Virus record (IMG/VR): IMGVR_UViG_3300042549_005585
Coordinates: 1 to 64,000 of that record
From: a virus
DNA: 64,000 nucleotides
Reading direction: 5' to 3' (one strand)
Positions within the stretch are counted from its first letter, which is position 1, and every line of letters starts with the position of its first letter. Shown here piece after piece: positions 10,177-21,036 of the stretch. A program made the translations under genes and the position numbers. The notes under the pieces were generated by a model, which saw only the letters and a program-made list of their open reading frames with translations, did no database searches and was not told the DNA's origin.

Positions 10177-12018
10177 TTAGCTTATATTGTTATTGTTTTT
10201 TAACATTTGTTCCAAACGCTCAATGCGTTGTTGTTGTTCCTGAATCACTTTAACCAAAACCGGTGCAAACTTAGTATAAGATATACTTAGTCCATCACGT
10301 GATATCTCGGAATAAATATCGTGTACCTCCTCAGCTATGAAACCAATTTCTTTAGTTCCTGTATTGTTCAATGTGTACGACACAGGAGCAAGTTTCATAA
10401 ATTCGGCTGTGCTGTATGATAAAGGCGTAATATCTGATTTTGCAGTACGAGTTGATAATTCAGTAATGCTACCTGATACGATTAAATTATTTATAATTGT
10501 AAGTGAACCTGATATCATTCCATCTCCATATGTTGAGACGAAACTGCCACTTATACCACTAAATTCTGCTACGGCAACACCTGTTGTTGGTACTGCAAAA
10601 TAAATTTCACTACCACTAGGAGATAATGCTTTAATACCTGCTGGTATTAATACTTCATCATTGTCACCGTATATTTGGAATACAGGATACTTAGTGTTTA
10701 AGTTGTGATCAAAACTCCAAGTAACAGCTGCTGATGATTGAGATAAGAATGCTTGAGATCCTGTTGGACTAAAACCACCACCATTAGATAACATAGCATA
10801 TCCTGATGTAGGTACTAAGAATTCAACCTTAACAGTACCATTATCAACACCAGTAATAGCGTTAGGAATAATTTGATTATAACTTAAATCATACACTTGT
10901 ACCATTGGAGATTGTGTCCTCAAAGTGTGAGGTATAATCCAAGATGCTGTAGGTGTAGTTTGAGTAAATTGAGTTGTATTGTATCCTAATCCTGCGTTTA
11001 ATGCGTAGGATGAAGTTAATGCTTGAGATGCAGTACCAAATAAAGTACCTGTAAATGCTCCTGTGAAACTAGAAGTTACAGAGTTGAATATTACATCTGC
11101 AGATTGAGAAATGCTTTGAGCAAGGTCAAATGATGCAATACGAGTTGTATTGTCAAATGTCACATATACACCTTTGCTTAACGAGCCACTTAATGTTAAA
11201 GATTGTGTTTTAAGATCAATAGTACCACTAGTCATTAAACCACTAGATGATAAAGCACCTGTAACAGCTAATGTTGTAACAACACCTGTTAAATTAGCAC
11301 CATCACCTTTAAATGAACCACTAAATGATCCAGTCAATAAAGCAGTTCCAATATGAGAACCACTAAATGATCCTGTCATGTTGGCTGTAGCACTAGTAAC
11401 AGCACCTGCAAAGGCGCCGCTTACTGAGCCAGTAGCGTTAACAGCTCCTGTGAATGACCCTGTTAATGAACCAGTAGCAAATGATATACCTGTAAATGAA
11501 CCTGTACTAGTACCTGTAAATGATCCTGTTAATGAACCAGATAAACGAGCGTTAGCACTAACTACTTGACCAGCGAATGAACCTGTAAACGAACCAGTAG
11601 CTAAAACACTACCAGTAAATGAACCTGTTACACCTCCTGAAAACGAACCAGTGAATGCTGATGCTGATACACTACCTACAATTTGTAATGCGTTTATACC
11701 ATCATCTACACTCTTACCCATCATTATATTATTAGTTGTAGAACTAATAGCAAATGCAGTAGCTGTTGCTGTTGTAAACAAAGCAGCAAACCCACCACTA
11801 GGTGAGTTAACATGTAGTGATGCTGAAGGTTTTACTTGGTTAATACCAAGATAACCAGACGATGTATCGTAGATGGTTACGATAGCTTTAGATCCTGTAC
11901 CGTAGCCATAAAACGTCACACTTCCTGTAGCGTCTGTAAGTAATTCTATACTGTTTACTAAGCTTCCGCTAAATTGTATAGATGACTTACCTGGGGTTAT
12001 TAAAATATTGTTGGGCAT
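10177..12018 (-). CDS. tail fibre protein with C-terminal S74-type intramolecular chaperone
   Basis: TGSF repeats, two HxLxT..P..QvYD modules, C-terminal S...K.DI..L...L.PVSY...IGFIAEEV...Y.K..PVLV...coiled coil. Confidence 0.85.
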   Translation of the reverse strand: MPNNILITPGKSSIQFSGSLVNSIELLTDATGSVTFYGYGTGSKAIVTIYDTSSGYLGINQVKPSASLHVNSPSGGFAALFTTATATAFAISSTTNNIMMGKSVDDGINALQIVGSVSASAFTGSFSGGVTGSFTGSVLATGSFTGSFAGQVVSANARLSGSLTGSFTGTSTGSFTGISFATGSLTGSFTGAVNATGSVSGAFAGAVTSATANMTGSFSGSHIGTALLTGSFSGSFKGDGANLTGVVTTLAVTGALSSSGLMTSGTIDLKTQSLTLSGSLSKGVYVTFDNTTRIASFDLAQSISQSADVIFNSVTSSFTGAFTGTLFGTASQALTSSYALNAGLGYNTTQFTQTTPTASWIIPHTLRTQSPMVQVYDLSYNQIIPNAITGVDNGTVKVEFLVPTSGYAMLSNGGGFSPTGSQAFLSQSSAAVTWSFDHNLNTKYPVFQIYGDNDEVLIPAGIKALSPSGSEIYFAVPTTGVAVAEFSGISGSFVSTYGDGMISGSLTIINNLIVSGSITELSTRTAKSDITPLSYSTAEFMKLAPVSYTLNNTGTKEIGFIAEEVHDIYSEISRDGLSISYTKFAPVLVKVIQEQQQRIERLEQMLKNNNNIS

Positions 12019-12053
12019 GCCTTCAGATAATTTGTATGTCTTAAATAAATATG

Positions 12054-15000
12054 TTAATGTTTATCAATATGTCTCTTAATTGCCTTTAGTTCCTTTCTCA
12101 TTTCCTCGATGGTTTCCTGCTGGCGTTGTACAATATCAATTAAAATTGGCGTCAACTTAGTGTAAGACATGGATTTACCATCCTCCGCAACTATTTCAGG
12201 GAATAATTCCTGAACATGTTCCGCGATGAAACCTATATCTTTACGTTTATTTTCTTTCCACTTGTATGAAACTGGTTGTAAAGCCATAAACTTAGCGAGT
12301 GGAGTCACAAAGTCTTTAATGTTTTGTTTTAACTCAATGGTTGATGTTTCAGTCAATGTACCTACTGTTAATGCATTTGTACTTGGATTATATGATATTC
12401 CAGCATCAGCGTAAACAGGACCTAATCCAGATAAAGTATCAGTGAATGTTATGTAACGAGTAGCATTTGTACCATCAGTTTGAACAACTGTATTTTGAGC
12501 ACTTGTAACAGAACCACTAAAACCATTTACTGTTGCCACAGCGTAACCAGAAGTTGCAGTTGCAAAAGTAATTTGTGATGAACTTGGACTCATCAAAGTA
12601 ACTCTAGCAGGTATAACTTGACTATAGTCAGAACCATAAACATCAATGTTTATAAGTCTTGAATTCAAATTATGATTAAAACTCCAAGTAACGGCTGCTG
12701 ATGATTGAGATAAAACAGATGTAGATCCAGTAACAAATAATCCTCCAGGATTAAACACTGCAACTCCAGATTGAGGAGAACTAAATGTTATTACTGAGTT
12801 GTTAGCATCAATATTGGTAATGTTTTGAGGTATAATTACATTGTATCCAAAATCATAGACAGTAATGTTTATGTTTCTAGAGTTCAAAGCATGATTAACA
12901 TTCCAAGTTGAAGATGAAGCCGCTTGAGTATGAGTGTAAGCATTTGTTCCACCTCCACCACTACCACCATTCAAAGCATAAGATGCAGTTAAAGCATAAG
13001 ATGAACTTATAGCTTGAGATGCTGTTAAACTACTTGTTGTATTACCTCTTACTATTAAGCTACCAGTTATATTAAATGAACCAGTGACATTATGAGTATC
13101 AGTTAATGCATTACCAAGAGATGATCCAGTAGATGATATTAAGAATTCATTTACATTATTTACAGTGACTGCAAATGTACCAGATACAGTAGTTAAACCA
13201 CTAGAACTAACATATAAGAATGTATTTGATCCACTTACTACTCTAAATGTAGCATCACTACCACTTACACTAGCTGTAACACTACCTGTAGCGATTTGAG
13301 TTGTACTTAAGTTAGCAATAGATGCAACATATGATGCTGTTAAAGCAAAAGATGAACTTAATCCTTGAACAGCATAAGATGAAGTTCCTAATAATGAACC
13401 TGTTATACCACCTGAAACCTTTACACTACCAGTAATTGAAACAGAACCAGTAGAAGTAAATGAACCACTAAATACAATTGTATCTACATTAGCGCTTAAT
13501 ATTGTAGTACCAGCACTACCTGATAAGTTAGTTGATCCTGTTACATTTAAACCACCATTAATAGAAACAATTTGAGTTAATGGGTTAACACTAGATGCTG
13601 TTAATGCTTGAGAAGCAGTACCAAATAAAGTACCTATAAATGATCCTGTAAATGAACCACTTCTGAATGAGCCACTTAGATTAGAATAAGAAGCAGAAAC
13701 TGTAGCAAATGAAGCACTTGCTGTAGTTAAGGTACTAGCTGTTCCTTCTAATCTTGTTATACGAGCACTATCTGAACCACTTGCAATAGCATAAGACGCA
13801 GACATATTAATCAATGTGGCAACTGATGCTGATAATGAACCTGATGCTAATTCTAATATTGTAAAGCGAGTACTGTTAGATCCACTTTGTAAAGCAAATG
13901 ACGCACTAGCGTTTTCTAATACTGTAAAGCGAGTACTATTAGATCCACTATTAATGGCTAATGAAGCACTAGCATTAGTTAGTGTTACAATTGAAGATGA
14001 GAACGAAGCACTTGCTACTACAAATGCACTAGCTGTACTTTCTAAGTTAGTAACACGAGATGAGATAGAAGCGCTTGTTGTGCTAAATGAACTAGTTAGA
14101 ACATAATAAGGTGCTCCAACCGCATTTTGTGCCCAAGATGAAGTACCAAATAACGATCCTGTAAATCCATAGTTTGCAGTTACACTTCCTGTTACTTCAA
14201 ATGATCCTGTTATTTTAACTGAACCAGTAAATTGATGAGTATCGCCTGTATCATCTCCAAATTTAGTACTACCACTACTGAATGATTCAGTAAAGTAAGA
14301 TACTGAAGATGAAATTATAAATGTTTGTGCTGTTAGATTACCTTGAACTGTCCAATCACCTGTTACAGTACCATTACCAGTTATGGTTTGAGTACCAATA
14401 AATGTATTTGATCCTGTAGTGGCATAAGAACCTGTTCTAGAATTTAATGCTCCTGTAGTTGCGTTTAATGCGCCAGTAGTAGCATTTAAAGCACCTGTAG
14501 TAACGTTTAATGCTCCTGTAGTTGCATTTACTGATGAAGTAAATGCTAAGAATGAACTAGTTAAAGTATAACTAGGTGCTACAGATGCTGTTGTGGCGTA
14601 TGATGAAGTAGTAACTAATAAAGATGAAGTTGATACAGCCACTGGGTAACTGTTTGAATCACCTATCCAAGTGAAACCTGATTGAATATTAGGTAATTCT
14701 ACTGGACCTGGATTTAATACTAATCCTTTGCCTCCATTTCCTTCTTTAGTTACTATACCTAACACTTGCACAATTGCTGTTCCCGTAGGTCTAGTTGACG
14801 TCCAACCACCTCCTACAGCAACATAAACTTCTGTTCCTGCTGGGTAGCCAGTTAAATTAATTCCTTCAATTAAACCAAGTACAATGCCTCTTGTAGTATT
14901 ACCTGCGGCAATTGTTTCTGATGCAATGTATACTACTGGCATTTTAGCTGCATTTGCAGCGTCTGCTTTGTACACAATTGGATTTGCTCCTTGTGAACCT

Positions 15001-16121
15001 GAAATATATAATGGATCACTTTTAGTAATGTTTTCACCTGTATAAACTATTTCATACATTGTATTTACGTCACCAAATGCTAAATCGTTAGTGCCATCTG
15101 TTTTTAATACTTGGTTTTCTAAACCATCAGTAGTAGGATATCTTAATCCTGATGCTGTTAGACTATTTCTAACTATAAAAGCATCAGCTGATGAGGCGGT
15201 TGTGGCGTAAGAACTACTAAATGAGTAGATTGCTGATGATGCTGTAACAGCATAAGATGAACTTACAGTATTATCTTGTAATCCATTTATACCACTAAAT
15301 TCAGCTACAGCGACACCTGTTGTAGGTGTAGCGAAAGTAATTTGAGTAGTATTAGTATCAATTGCTGTGATAGTTGCGGGTACAATAACGCTATCATTAG
15401 CATCATATACCTGTACTACAGGATATTTTGTATTAAGTGAGTGAGTAAAACTCCATGTTACAGCAGCAATTGATTGAGTCAAACGAGCTGATGAGCCACT
15501 AATGAATAAGTTACCTCCGTTAGATAAAACAGCATATCCTGTTTGTGCCGCACCAACATTAACAGTTAATAAACTATTGCTTGATCCTGAAATATACTCT
15601 GTAAGTATAGAGTTATAATTCGCATCATATATTTGAACAATAGGTGTCTTTGTATTAAGAGGATGTTCAATCAACCATGTGCTTGACGCTGATGCTTGAG
15701 TAAAATTAAATGTTGAACCAGTAATTACTAAACCACCACCTGTACCTATTACAGCGTATCCTGATTGGATTGAGCTGAAAGATAATACAGTAGTATTAGG
15801 ATCAGTACTCTGAATATTTTGAGGTATAATTACATTACGCCCGTAATCATATACGGTAATTTGTGGCGTAAGCGTGTTTAAATTGTGGGTAAACGTCCAA
15901 GTCGATGCTGATGCCGCCTGCGTAAAGGTAGTCGTAGTACCCAAGTTAGGTGCGACTGCTGCATATAAAGCGTATGAGGATGTAAGTGCGTAAGAAGAGC
16001 TGCCTTGAAGAGATCCTGTAAAATTTCCACTAAATGTTGACGCTGAAATGTATGTGTTTACATTAAGCGAATTCAGACTGGCATCCGAGCCAGACACGAT
16101 GACTTTCTTCCAATTTGGCAT
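12054..16121 (-). CDS. long tail fibre protein with C-terminal S74-type chaperone
   Basis: Ser/Thr-rich; five H-x-L-N modules; C-terminal ST.ELKQNI..LQPVSYKW..IGFIAE..YTKLTPILI. Confidence 0.85.
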   Translation of the reverse strand: MPNWKKVIVSGSDASLNSLNVNTYISASTFSGNFTGSLQGSSSYALTSSYALYAAVAPNLGTTTTFTQAASASTWTFTHNLNTLTPQITVYDYGRNVIIPQNIQSTDPNTTVLSFSSIQSGYAVIGTGGGLVITGSTFNFTQASASSTWLIEHPLNTKTPIVQIYDANYNSILTEYISGSSNSLLTVNVGAAQTGYAVLSNGGNLFISGSSARLTQSIAAVTWSFTHSLNTKYPVVQVYDANDSVIVPATITAIDTNTTQITFATPTTGVAVAEFSGINGLQDNTVSSSYAVTASSAIYSFSSSYATTASSADAFIVRNSLTASGLRYPTTDGLENQVLKTDGTNDLAFGDVNTMYEIVYTGENITKSDPLYISGSQGANPIVYKADAANAAKMPVVYIASETIAAGNTTRGIVLGLIEGINLTGYPAGTEVYVAVGGGWTSTRPTGTAIVQVLGIVTKEGNGGKGLVLNPGPVELPNIQSGFTWIGDSNSYPVAVSTSSLLVTTSSYATTASVAPSYTLTSSFLAFTSSVNATTGALNVTTGALNATTGALNATTGALNSRTGSYATTGSNTFIGTQTITGNGTVTGDWTVQGNLTAQTFIISSSVSYFTESFSSGSTKFGDDTGDTHQFTGSVKITGSFEVTGSVTANYGFTGSLFGTSSWAQNAVGAPYYVLTSSFSTTSASISSRVTNLESTASAFVVASASFSSSIVTLTNASASLAINSGSNSTRFTVLENASASFALQSGSNSTRFTILELASGSLSASVATLINMSASYAIASGSDSARITRLEGTASTLTTASASFATVSASYSNLSGSFRSGSFTGSFIGTLFGTASQALTASSVNPLTQIVSINGGLNVTGSTNLSGSAGTTILSANVDTIVFSGSFTSTGSVSITGSVKVSGGITGSLLGTSSYAVQGLSSSFALTASYVASIANLSTTQIATGSVTASVSGSDATFRVVSGSNTFLYVSSSGLTTVSGTFAVTVNNVNEFLISSTGSSLGNALTDTHNVTGSFNITGSLIVRGNTTSSLTASQAISSSYALTASYALNGGSGGGGTNAYTHTQAASSSTWNVNHALNSRNINITVYDFGYNVIIPQNITNIDANNSVITFSSPQSGVAVFNPGGLFVTGSTSVLSQSSAAVTWSFNHNLNSRLINIDVYGSDYSQVIPARVTLMSPSSSQITFATATSGYAVATVNGFSGSVTSAQNTVVQTDGTNATRYITFTDTLSGLGPVYADAGISYNPSTNALTVGTLTETSTIELKQNIKDFVTPLAKFMALQPVSYKWKENKRKDIGFIAEHVQELFPEIVAEDGKSMSYTKLTPILIDIVQRQQETIEEMRKELKAIKRHIDKH
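14445..14528. repeat. 4 x 21-bp tandem coding repeat (N[AV]TTGAL heptads)
   Basis: Repeat unit ttaatgc(t/g)cc(t/a)gtagt(t/a)gc(g/a)t; protein VNATTGALNVTTGALNATTGALNATTGALN. Confidence 0.85.
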
Positions 16122-16126
16122 GTTCT

Positions 16127-16191
16127 CTAATTACGGTTGGTTACTTAACGACTTGTTAAGCCCACTTCTCCTTGCGGAGACGCATAATCAG
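16127..16191 (-). promoter_or_regulatory. candidate structured 5'-UTR RNA (three-way junction)
   Basis: Closing stem CUGAUUAUG/CGUAAUUAG, UCUCC-GCAA-GGAGA, CUUAAC-AAGUC-GUUAAG; ends 5 nt before the ATG at 16121. Confidence 0.55.
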
Positions 16192-16236
16192 ATTCTATCA
16201 CTAGAAACTAATTAAAATGGCTAGTTATAAATATGA

Positions 16237-16476
16237 TTAGGGCGTACGTTCAGAAATCTCGTTATACATTGTCTGTAATTTATTCACGAGGTTGTACACG
16301 GATTCAATGGTGTCGCCCTTGAATGTTGATTGGCGTACCATCATTAACAATAACTTAATTTCATCTGACGTGAATGGAGTAGTAGTAGAAGGAGCCTCTG
16401 TAGGTACAGAAGCTCCTCTATTAATAACGTTCTTTAAATTGATCATAACAGTTTTAAAAATATTAATTAAGCCCAA
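16237..16476 (-). CDS. small hypothetical protein (true start may be the downstream MINLK...)
   Basis: Fills the gap between two fibre genes; helical C-terminal half. Confidence 0.65.
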   Translation of the reverse strand: MGLINIFKTVMINLKNVINRGASVPTEAPSTTTPFTSDEIKLLLMMVRQSTFKGDTIESVYNLVNKLQTMYNEISERTP

Positions 16477-17627
16477 ATGTATATATCTGATGTTGATGTA
16501 TTAACCCACATATTACCAATACCATTTGTTGTACTACCCCATGTTGGTGGAGTTGCGTCTGATGGATCAGCAGATGTAAATTTAGTTGTGTTCATATATT
16601 CATCTGCAACAACTGATGAAGCAGAAGCATGAACATCATAAGCAACAGCAAAACGACCATATGCTCCAGCAGTAGCTGATTCTACAAAGAATGCAGATCC
16701 TGAAATACCACCACCTCCAGTTGAAGAGGCAATAATAATACCACCATCAGTCAATGAAGTAGAACCAGAAGCAAACACCGCGAATCTATCAGCAATTAAT
16801 AAGTTTTGAGTATTATTAAAGCTAGCTGTACCTGCAACTGTTAAGTCACCTGTAACAGTTAAATTACTATTAACAGTAACTGGAATACCTGAACCTATTG
16901 AAACAGCACTGCCGTTATCTGTAATATTTGAATTTACTAATTGTCCATTACTACTATCCCATTTAGTTACAATGTTGTTTGTTAATGAACTTGCATTCTT
17001 TAATTCTACAGTTTGAGCTGTTGAACCATCAAATGTGAAAGTAGTAATACCAGTACCTTGAGTTAATGATGCTTTTGTAGTATCTGCAATACCAGCTCTT
17101 TCTGAACGAGAAGCACTAGTTGCAAATGAAGCACTTAGTGAATATACAGCGGAAGAAGCAGTTAAAGCATATGATGCTGAAGTAGCATTAGTAGCAACAC
17201 CAGTTAATGATCCACTAAATGAACCAGTAACACCAGCAAATGTAACTTGAGCGTCAGTTTTAATACTTTGAGCTAAGTCAATGCTTACTGTATTGTTTGC
17301 AACACTAACATACAAACCTTCTAAAGTTGAACCAGAAATAACTAAGGCTTCATTTCTAAGATTAATTACGTCATTGCTATCACCACCACCAATAGCATTA
17401 GATGCTGAAATGGCTAAAGATGAAGCTATACCTGTTAATCCTGTACCATCACCAGTAAATGAACCAGTAAACGAACCAGTTAATTTAGTAGATGCTTGAG
17501 CACTTGTTATGATTTGGTTAGTACTAACTAGTAACGAACCCGTTACGCTTACGTTAGCATCTACCTGTAGTGATTGAAGTTGGGCGGCCGAGCCTGAGAC
17601 TACGACCTTTTTCCATGTTGCTGCCAT
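16467..17627 (-). CDS. tail-fibre-like structural protein
   Basis: N-terminal WKKVVVSGS shared with 12054..16121; TGSF repeats. Confidence 0.7.
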   Translation of the reverse strand: MAATWKKVVVSGSAAQLQSLQVDANVSVTGSLLVSTNQIITSAQASTKLTGSFTGSFTGDGTGLTGIASSLAISASNAIGGGDSNDVINLRNEALVISGSTLEGLYVSVANNTVSIDLAQSIKTDAQVTFAGVTGSFSGSLTGVATNATSASYALTASSAVYSLSASFATSASRSERAGIADTTKASLTQGTGITTFTFDGSTAQTVELKNASSLTNNIVTKWDSSNGQLVNSNITDNGSAVSIGSGIPVTVNSNLTVTGDLTVAGTASFNNTQNLLIADRFAVFASGSTSLTDGGIIIASSTGGGGISGSAFFVESATAGAYGRFAVAYDVHASASSVVADEYMNTTKFTSADPSDATPPTWGSTTNGIGNMWVNTSTSDIYIWA

Positions 17628-17669
17628 GTTCTAATTTTAATTTTGTGTTGTGCAATGATAAATATGATA

Positions 17670-18116
17670 TTATTCTAGACCAACATAAAAGTTAGATGCG
17701 GAATATATCAATCCCCCACTATACGCTTGTGGCGTTGTGAGTTGGTCTCGTAACACAATCGTACCACTACTATTAATCTTGAACAATGTCTCGTTTGAGG
17801 TGCGATTTTTTATAATGAAGAAATCATCAACTGTACTTTCCATTGATAACACTACACCTTGGTTTTGCACAAATGCAAATGAACCATTAGTATTAGTTAT
17901 GGATAGACTACCTGTTAATGATACTGTATCGTTTCTATATGTTAATGCTTGTGAACCAGTGGCGTTACCTGATCCATCTAATGTGACAATAGCATATGGT
18001 GAATTAATAGATAGAGCAGAAGCAGTTACATTGGCAAATATACCATTAAAACTACCACTAAAACTACCCGTTAAATGGACGGGGTTCTCTATCTGTTCAC
18101 TTCTTATTAATGCCAT
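17670..18116 (-). CDS. structural protein, fibre-like
   Basis: TGSFSGSF motif; lies between neck and fibre genes. Confidence 0.55.
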   Translation of the reverse strand: MALIRSEQIENPVHLTGSFSGSFNGIFANVTASALSINSPYAIVTLDGSGNATGSQALTYRNDTVSLTGSLSITNTNGSFAFVQNQGVVLSMESTVDDFFIIKNRTSNETLFKINSSGTIVLRDQLTTPQAYSGGLIYSASNFYVGLE

Positions 18117-19348
18117 TATGACGAGAATTTACCTATTAATGTTATAATATCTGTTGATTTCAATGTGTATCCTAATATTGTAGTGTTAAATGTTACTGTT
18201 ACAGGACCATCAGTTATACTTGTTACTGAACCAGCAGGAGCAAATTGACCGTTTACAAATACTGTAAAGTTAGTAGCTGATGTAGTTGGTAAACTTGGTG
18301 GGGCCGGAGCAAAACTTCTACCTGTAAATACGGCTGTATTGGTTGTTATTATATCAGCATCATGTTGAATATTAGTATTCAAGTAATCTATAGTTGATTG
18401 ATCCACACCTGATGTTTGAGTAATAAGTACATTTGTAGCTCCACCTGAAGTAATGTTTACTGTTGGTGGTGCGGAACTTCCTAGTCCACTTAATACAGTT
18501 TCACCGTTAATAATTACTTTAGTAACACTATAAGCTAAGTCTGAGTTTGCTTTGTATCTGTTTATAGTGTCAGGTACTAAGTAACCACTTAAAATAATAT
18601 CAAAATTAGTTTTAACTGCCCTATCATTATCATTAACAACTTCAGTTACTGTATTGAATGAGTTAATTCTAGCTCTAAAATTAAATTTATTAGGATCACC
18701 CCAATATGAGTCAGAAGCAAATTCAATTGCTTCAACTATCTTATTCATTTGTTCTACAAAATCTGTGAATACAACACAGTTGTAGGTGATAGTAACGTAG
18801 TCAGGTATTACACCTACTACAAATTCTTTTTCAGGTAATTGTCCTCTCAACACACTAAAATTATCATATATGTTTCTTTTAGTATATCTCTTTTCAAACA
18901 ATTGAACGTTATGAACAATATTACCGTCTAATTTGTTTCCTAGTTCTCTATTCTTCTCAATAGTATTTCTCTTATACATGATAAGAGGTACCATTCCTTT
19001 TCCGTCTTTGTCTCTGTAATAACCATCTGCTTGAACTGATTTCCAACGTTCAGGTGAGCCATAAATTACAGGTACATGTATTTGAGAGCCATTGTTATAA
19101 ACAGTTGGCTTAATAACATTATCAAAATAATATTTAATAGTCTCATCATTATCCTCTAAACTAATAGAAAACTTTTTAGTGTCTTCATTTTTATGAGACA
19201 TTTGTAATGCTCTATTAATTTCAGGAGCGCCAGGTACAAGAGGTTCACTCTCAATTTGGTTAGGATTACCTATGTTTTGATCATAGGGCATAACCAAAGT
19301 ATCGAGAAATTCTCTTCTATTCTGTGGGCGTGGTTTATAGTTAGACAT
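18116..19348 (-). CDS. tail terminator/sheath stabiliser, T4 gp15-like
   Basis: VPVIYGSPERW motif, PDYVTITY, QMNKIVE; follows gp13/gp14-like genes. Confidence 0.6.
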   Translation of the reverse strand: MSNYKPRPQNRREFLDTLVMPYDQNIGNPNQIESEPLVPGAPEINRALQMSHKNEDTKKFSISLEDNDETIKYYFDNVIKPTVYNNGSQIHVPVIYGSPERWKSVQADGYYRDKDGKGMVPLIMYKRNTIEKNRELGNKLDGNIVHNVQLFEKRYTKRNIYDNFSVLRGQLPEKEFVVGVIPDYVTITYNCVVFTDFVEQMNKIVEAIEFASDSYWGDPNKFNFRARINSFNTVTEVVNDNDRAVKTNFDIILSGYLVPDTINRYKANSDLAYSVTKVIINGETVLSGLGSSAPPTVNITSGGATNVLITQTSGVDQSTIDYLNTNIQHDADIITTNTAVFTGRSFAPAPPSLPTTSATNFTVFVNGQFAPAGSVTSITDGPVTVTFNTTILGYTLKSTDIITLIGKFSS

Positions 19349-19839
19349 TAAATTCTTTGTTTAGTTATACCTAATTTTTCTGCACGTGTGTAATGGGTAG
19401 AGCAAATAATAGACCAACTAGAACCAAAATTTTCTAATCCTTCTGAGTAAGCATAATCATTATCTTTACCTAGAATAAGTTGGTTTTGGTTTACTTCATC
19501 TACTTCATAATACAACTCATTATACATTATAACATCACCTATTTCAGGTACAACGTTTGCGTTTATTAAATCATTTTTTAAAAAACGATACTTTACTGCT
19601 CGATCTATATCTTGACCAAAATCATCTGATGATGAATTAAAGTCTCCTCTTTCAATAAGACAAGACATTAGTACTGGACCTAGATACATTTTTTCAGTTG
19701 ACTCACCATATAAATTAGCAGGTACATCATTTAAAATTATCTTATAATAACCTATCTCTTGAGATATTACGTCATGTAGTAACTCATTATTTACAGATAA
19801 GAATAGATTTATGTCTCTCGACCTTCCAAACATTGCCAT
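19348..19839 (-). CDS. neck/head-closure protein, T4 gp14-like
   Basis: NLYGES..K.Y, PEIGDVI...YYEV; position in gene order. Confidence 0.6.
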   Translation of the reverse strand: MAMFGRSRDINLFLSVNNELLHDVISQEIGYYKIILNDVPANLYGESTEKMYLGPVLMSCLIERGDFNSSSDDFGQDIDRAVKYRFLKNDLINANVVPEIGDVIMYNELYYEVDEVNQNQLILGKDNDYAYSEGLENFGSSWSIICSTHYTRAEKLGITKQRI

Positions 19840-19841
19840 AA

Positions 19842-21002
19842 TTAACCTATAAAGATTGGTAAAGGAACATTTTCAAAAGTAGACTTCATAGCAACATTTT
19901 CGGCTTGTCTACGTTCAAGTTGTTTTTGTCTTGTCGCTTCATCTAAATCACCTCTTAATTTCTCTAACAATGCTATTTTTTCTGTTCTAGCATCTGTTAA
20001 CAAATCAGATTGGTTTAAAGTAGTTTCAGCGCCAGGAATAGGAACTGTAGTGTACTTACCTCTAATATATCCTAATAATTCTTTAGCTAATGCTAATGTA
20101 TATAAGAAGATCCATTGTCTACCTGGAGCGTTAATTTGCTGATAAGTAGGATTATTAAATGGAACATTACTTATATTAGTAACCATATTAGAACCACTAT
20201 AAGGCGCTTTAGCAGGTGCTCCTCGTTCCATACGAGAAATATATTTAAAGATCATTTTTCCTGGTCTATCTGTAGGTACAGGGAATACTTCTAATTTATT
20301 ATTAACAATGTTAAATGAGAAAGCACTCTTTCTAACCTGATCATTCAATTCAATTGCTTGTATTTTTTGAATATCCCAATATATAGGCATCATCATAAAG
20401 TTAATACCTGGGGAATAAGAACCAAACCCAAATGTATCTAATAATGATTGCACACCTGTACCTGTACCAGCATATGGGTCAAAATATCTTACAATAGCAG
20501 GTGGTGCTTGGTAAAATACTTCTTTAACTTCTATTGTATCGCCTGGTTGTAATGATGCTGATTGTTGAGCCCATACATCTAGGTCATATATTTGTTTTCC
20601 ATTTTCTAAGTCAAGAGATCCAGTATGGTAATCTACAAATCCACCAACACCTGCTTCAGTACCATAATCTTCAGCAATTCTAATCATGTTACCAAGATTA
20701 GGTGAAATTACAGTATTGTTTAATGCTGATCCAGTAGGTGTAGCTTCAAGTGATAAAAAGTTATCACGTATTTTGAACAAGTAAACCTCGTTACCGTATG
20801 TTGTTACTGCTTCTTCGAAGCAAGCGTAGAATGAGCCAGATTGTAATTCAACATCCATTAATGGGTAACCCAAACGAGCTGCACAAAATTTTGATACTTT
20901 GTCAGCGTCCGCAGCGAATGCAGGATCTGTATCGTAAAATCCGAATGGTGTTGAGCCGCTATTAAATGTTGATGAACCGTCCCAAATTGCTATATTGGCC
21001 AT
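19842..21002 (-). CDS. neck protein, T4 gp13-like
   Basis: RLGYPLMDVEL, WI..YTLALAKE.LG.IRGKY..VP.PG...TLN. Confidence 0.8.
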   Translation of the reverse strand: MANIAIWDGSSTFNSGSTPFGFYDTDPAFAADADKVSKFCAARLGYPLMDVELQSGSFYACFEEAVTTYGNEVYLFKIRDNFLSLEATPTGSALNNTVISPNLGNMIRIAEDYGTEAGVGGFVDYHTGSLDLENGKQIYDLDVWAQQSASLQPGDTIEVKEVFYQAPPAIVRYFDPYAGTGTGVQSLLDTFGFGSYSPGINFMMMPIYWDIQKIQAIELNDQVRKSAFSFNIVNNKLEVFPVPTDRPGKMIFKYISRMERGAPAKAPYSGSNMVTNISNVPFNNPTYQQINAPGRQWIFLYTLALAKELLGYIRGKYTTVPIPGAETTLNQSDLLTDARTEKIALLEKLRGDLDEATRQKQLERRQAENVAMKSTFENVPLPIFIG

Positions 21003-21036
21003 AGTTAGTTATTTCCAATATAAATATACTTATTAG

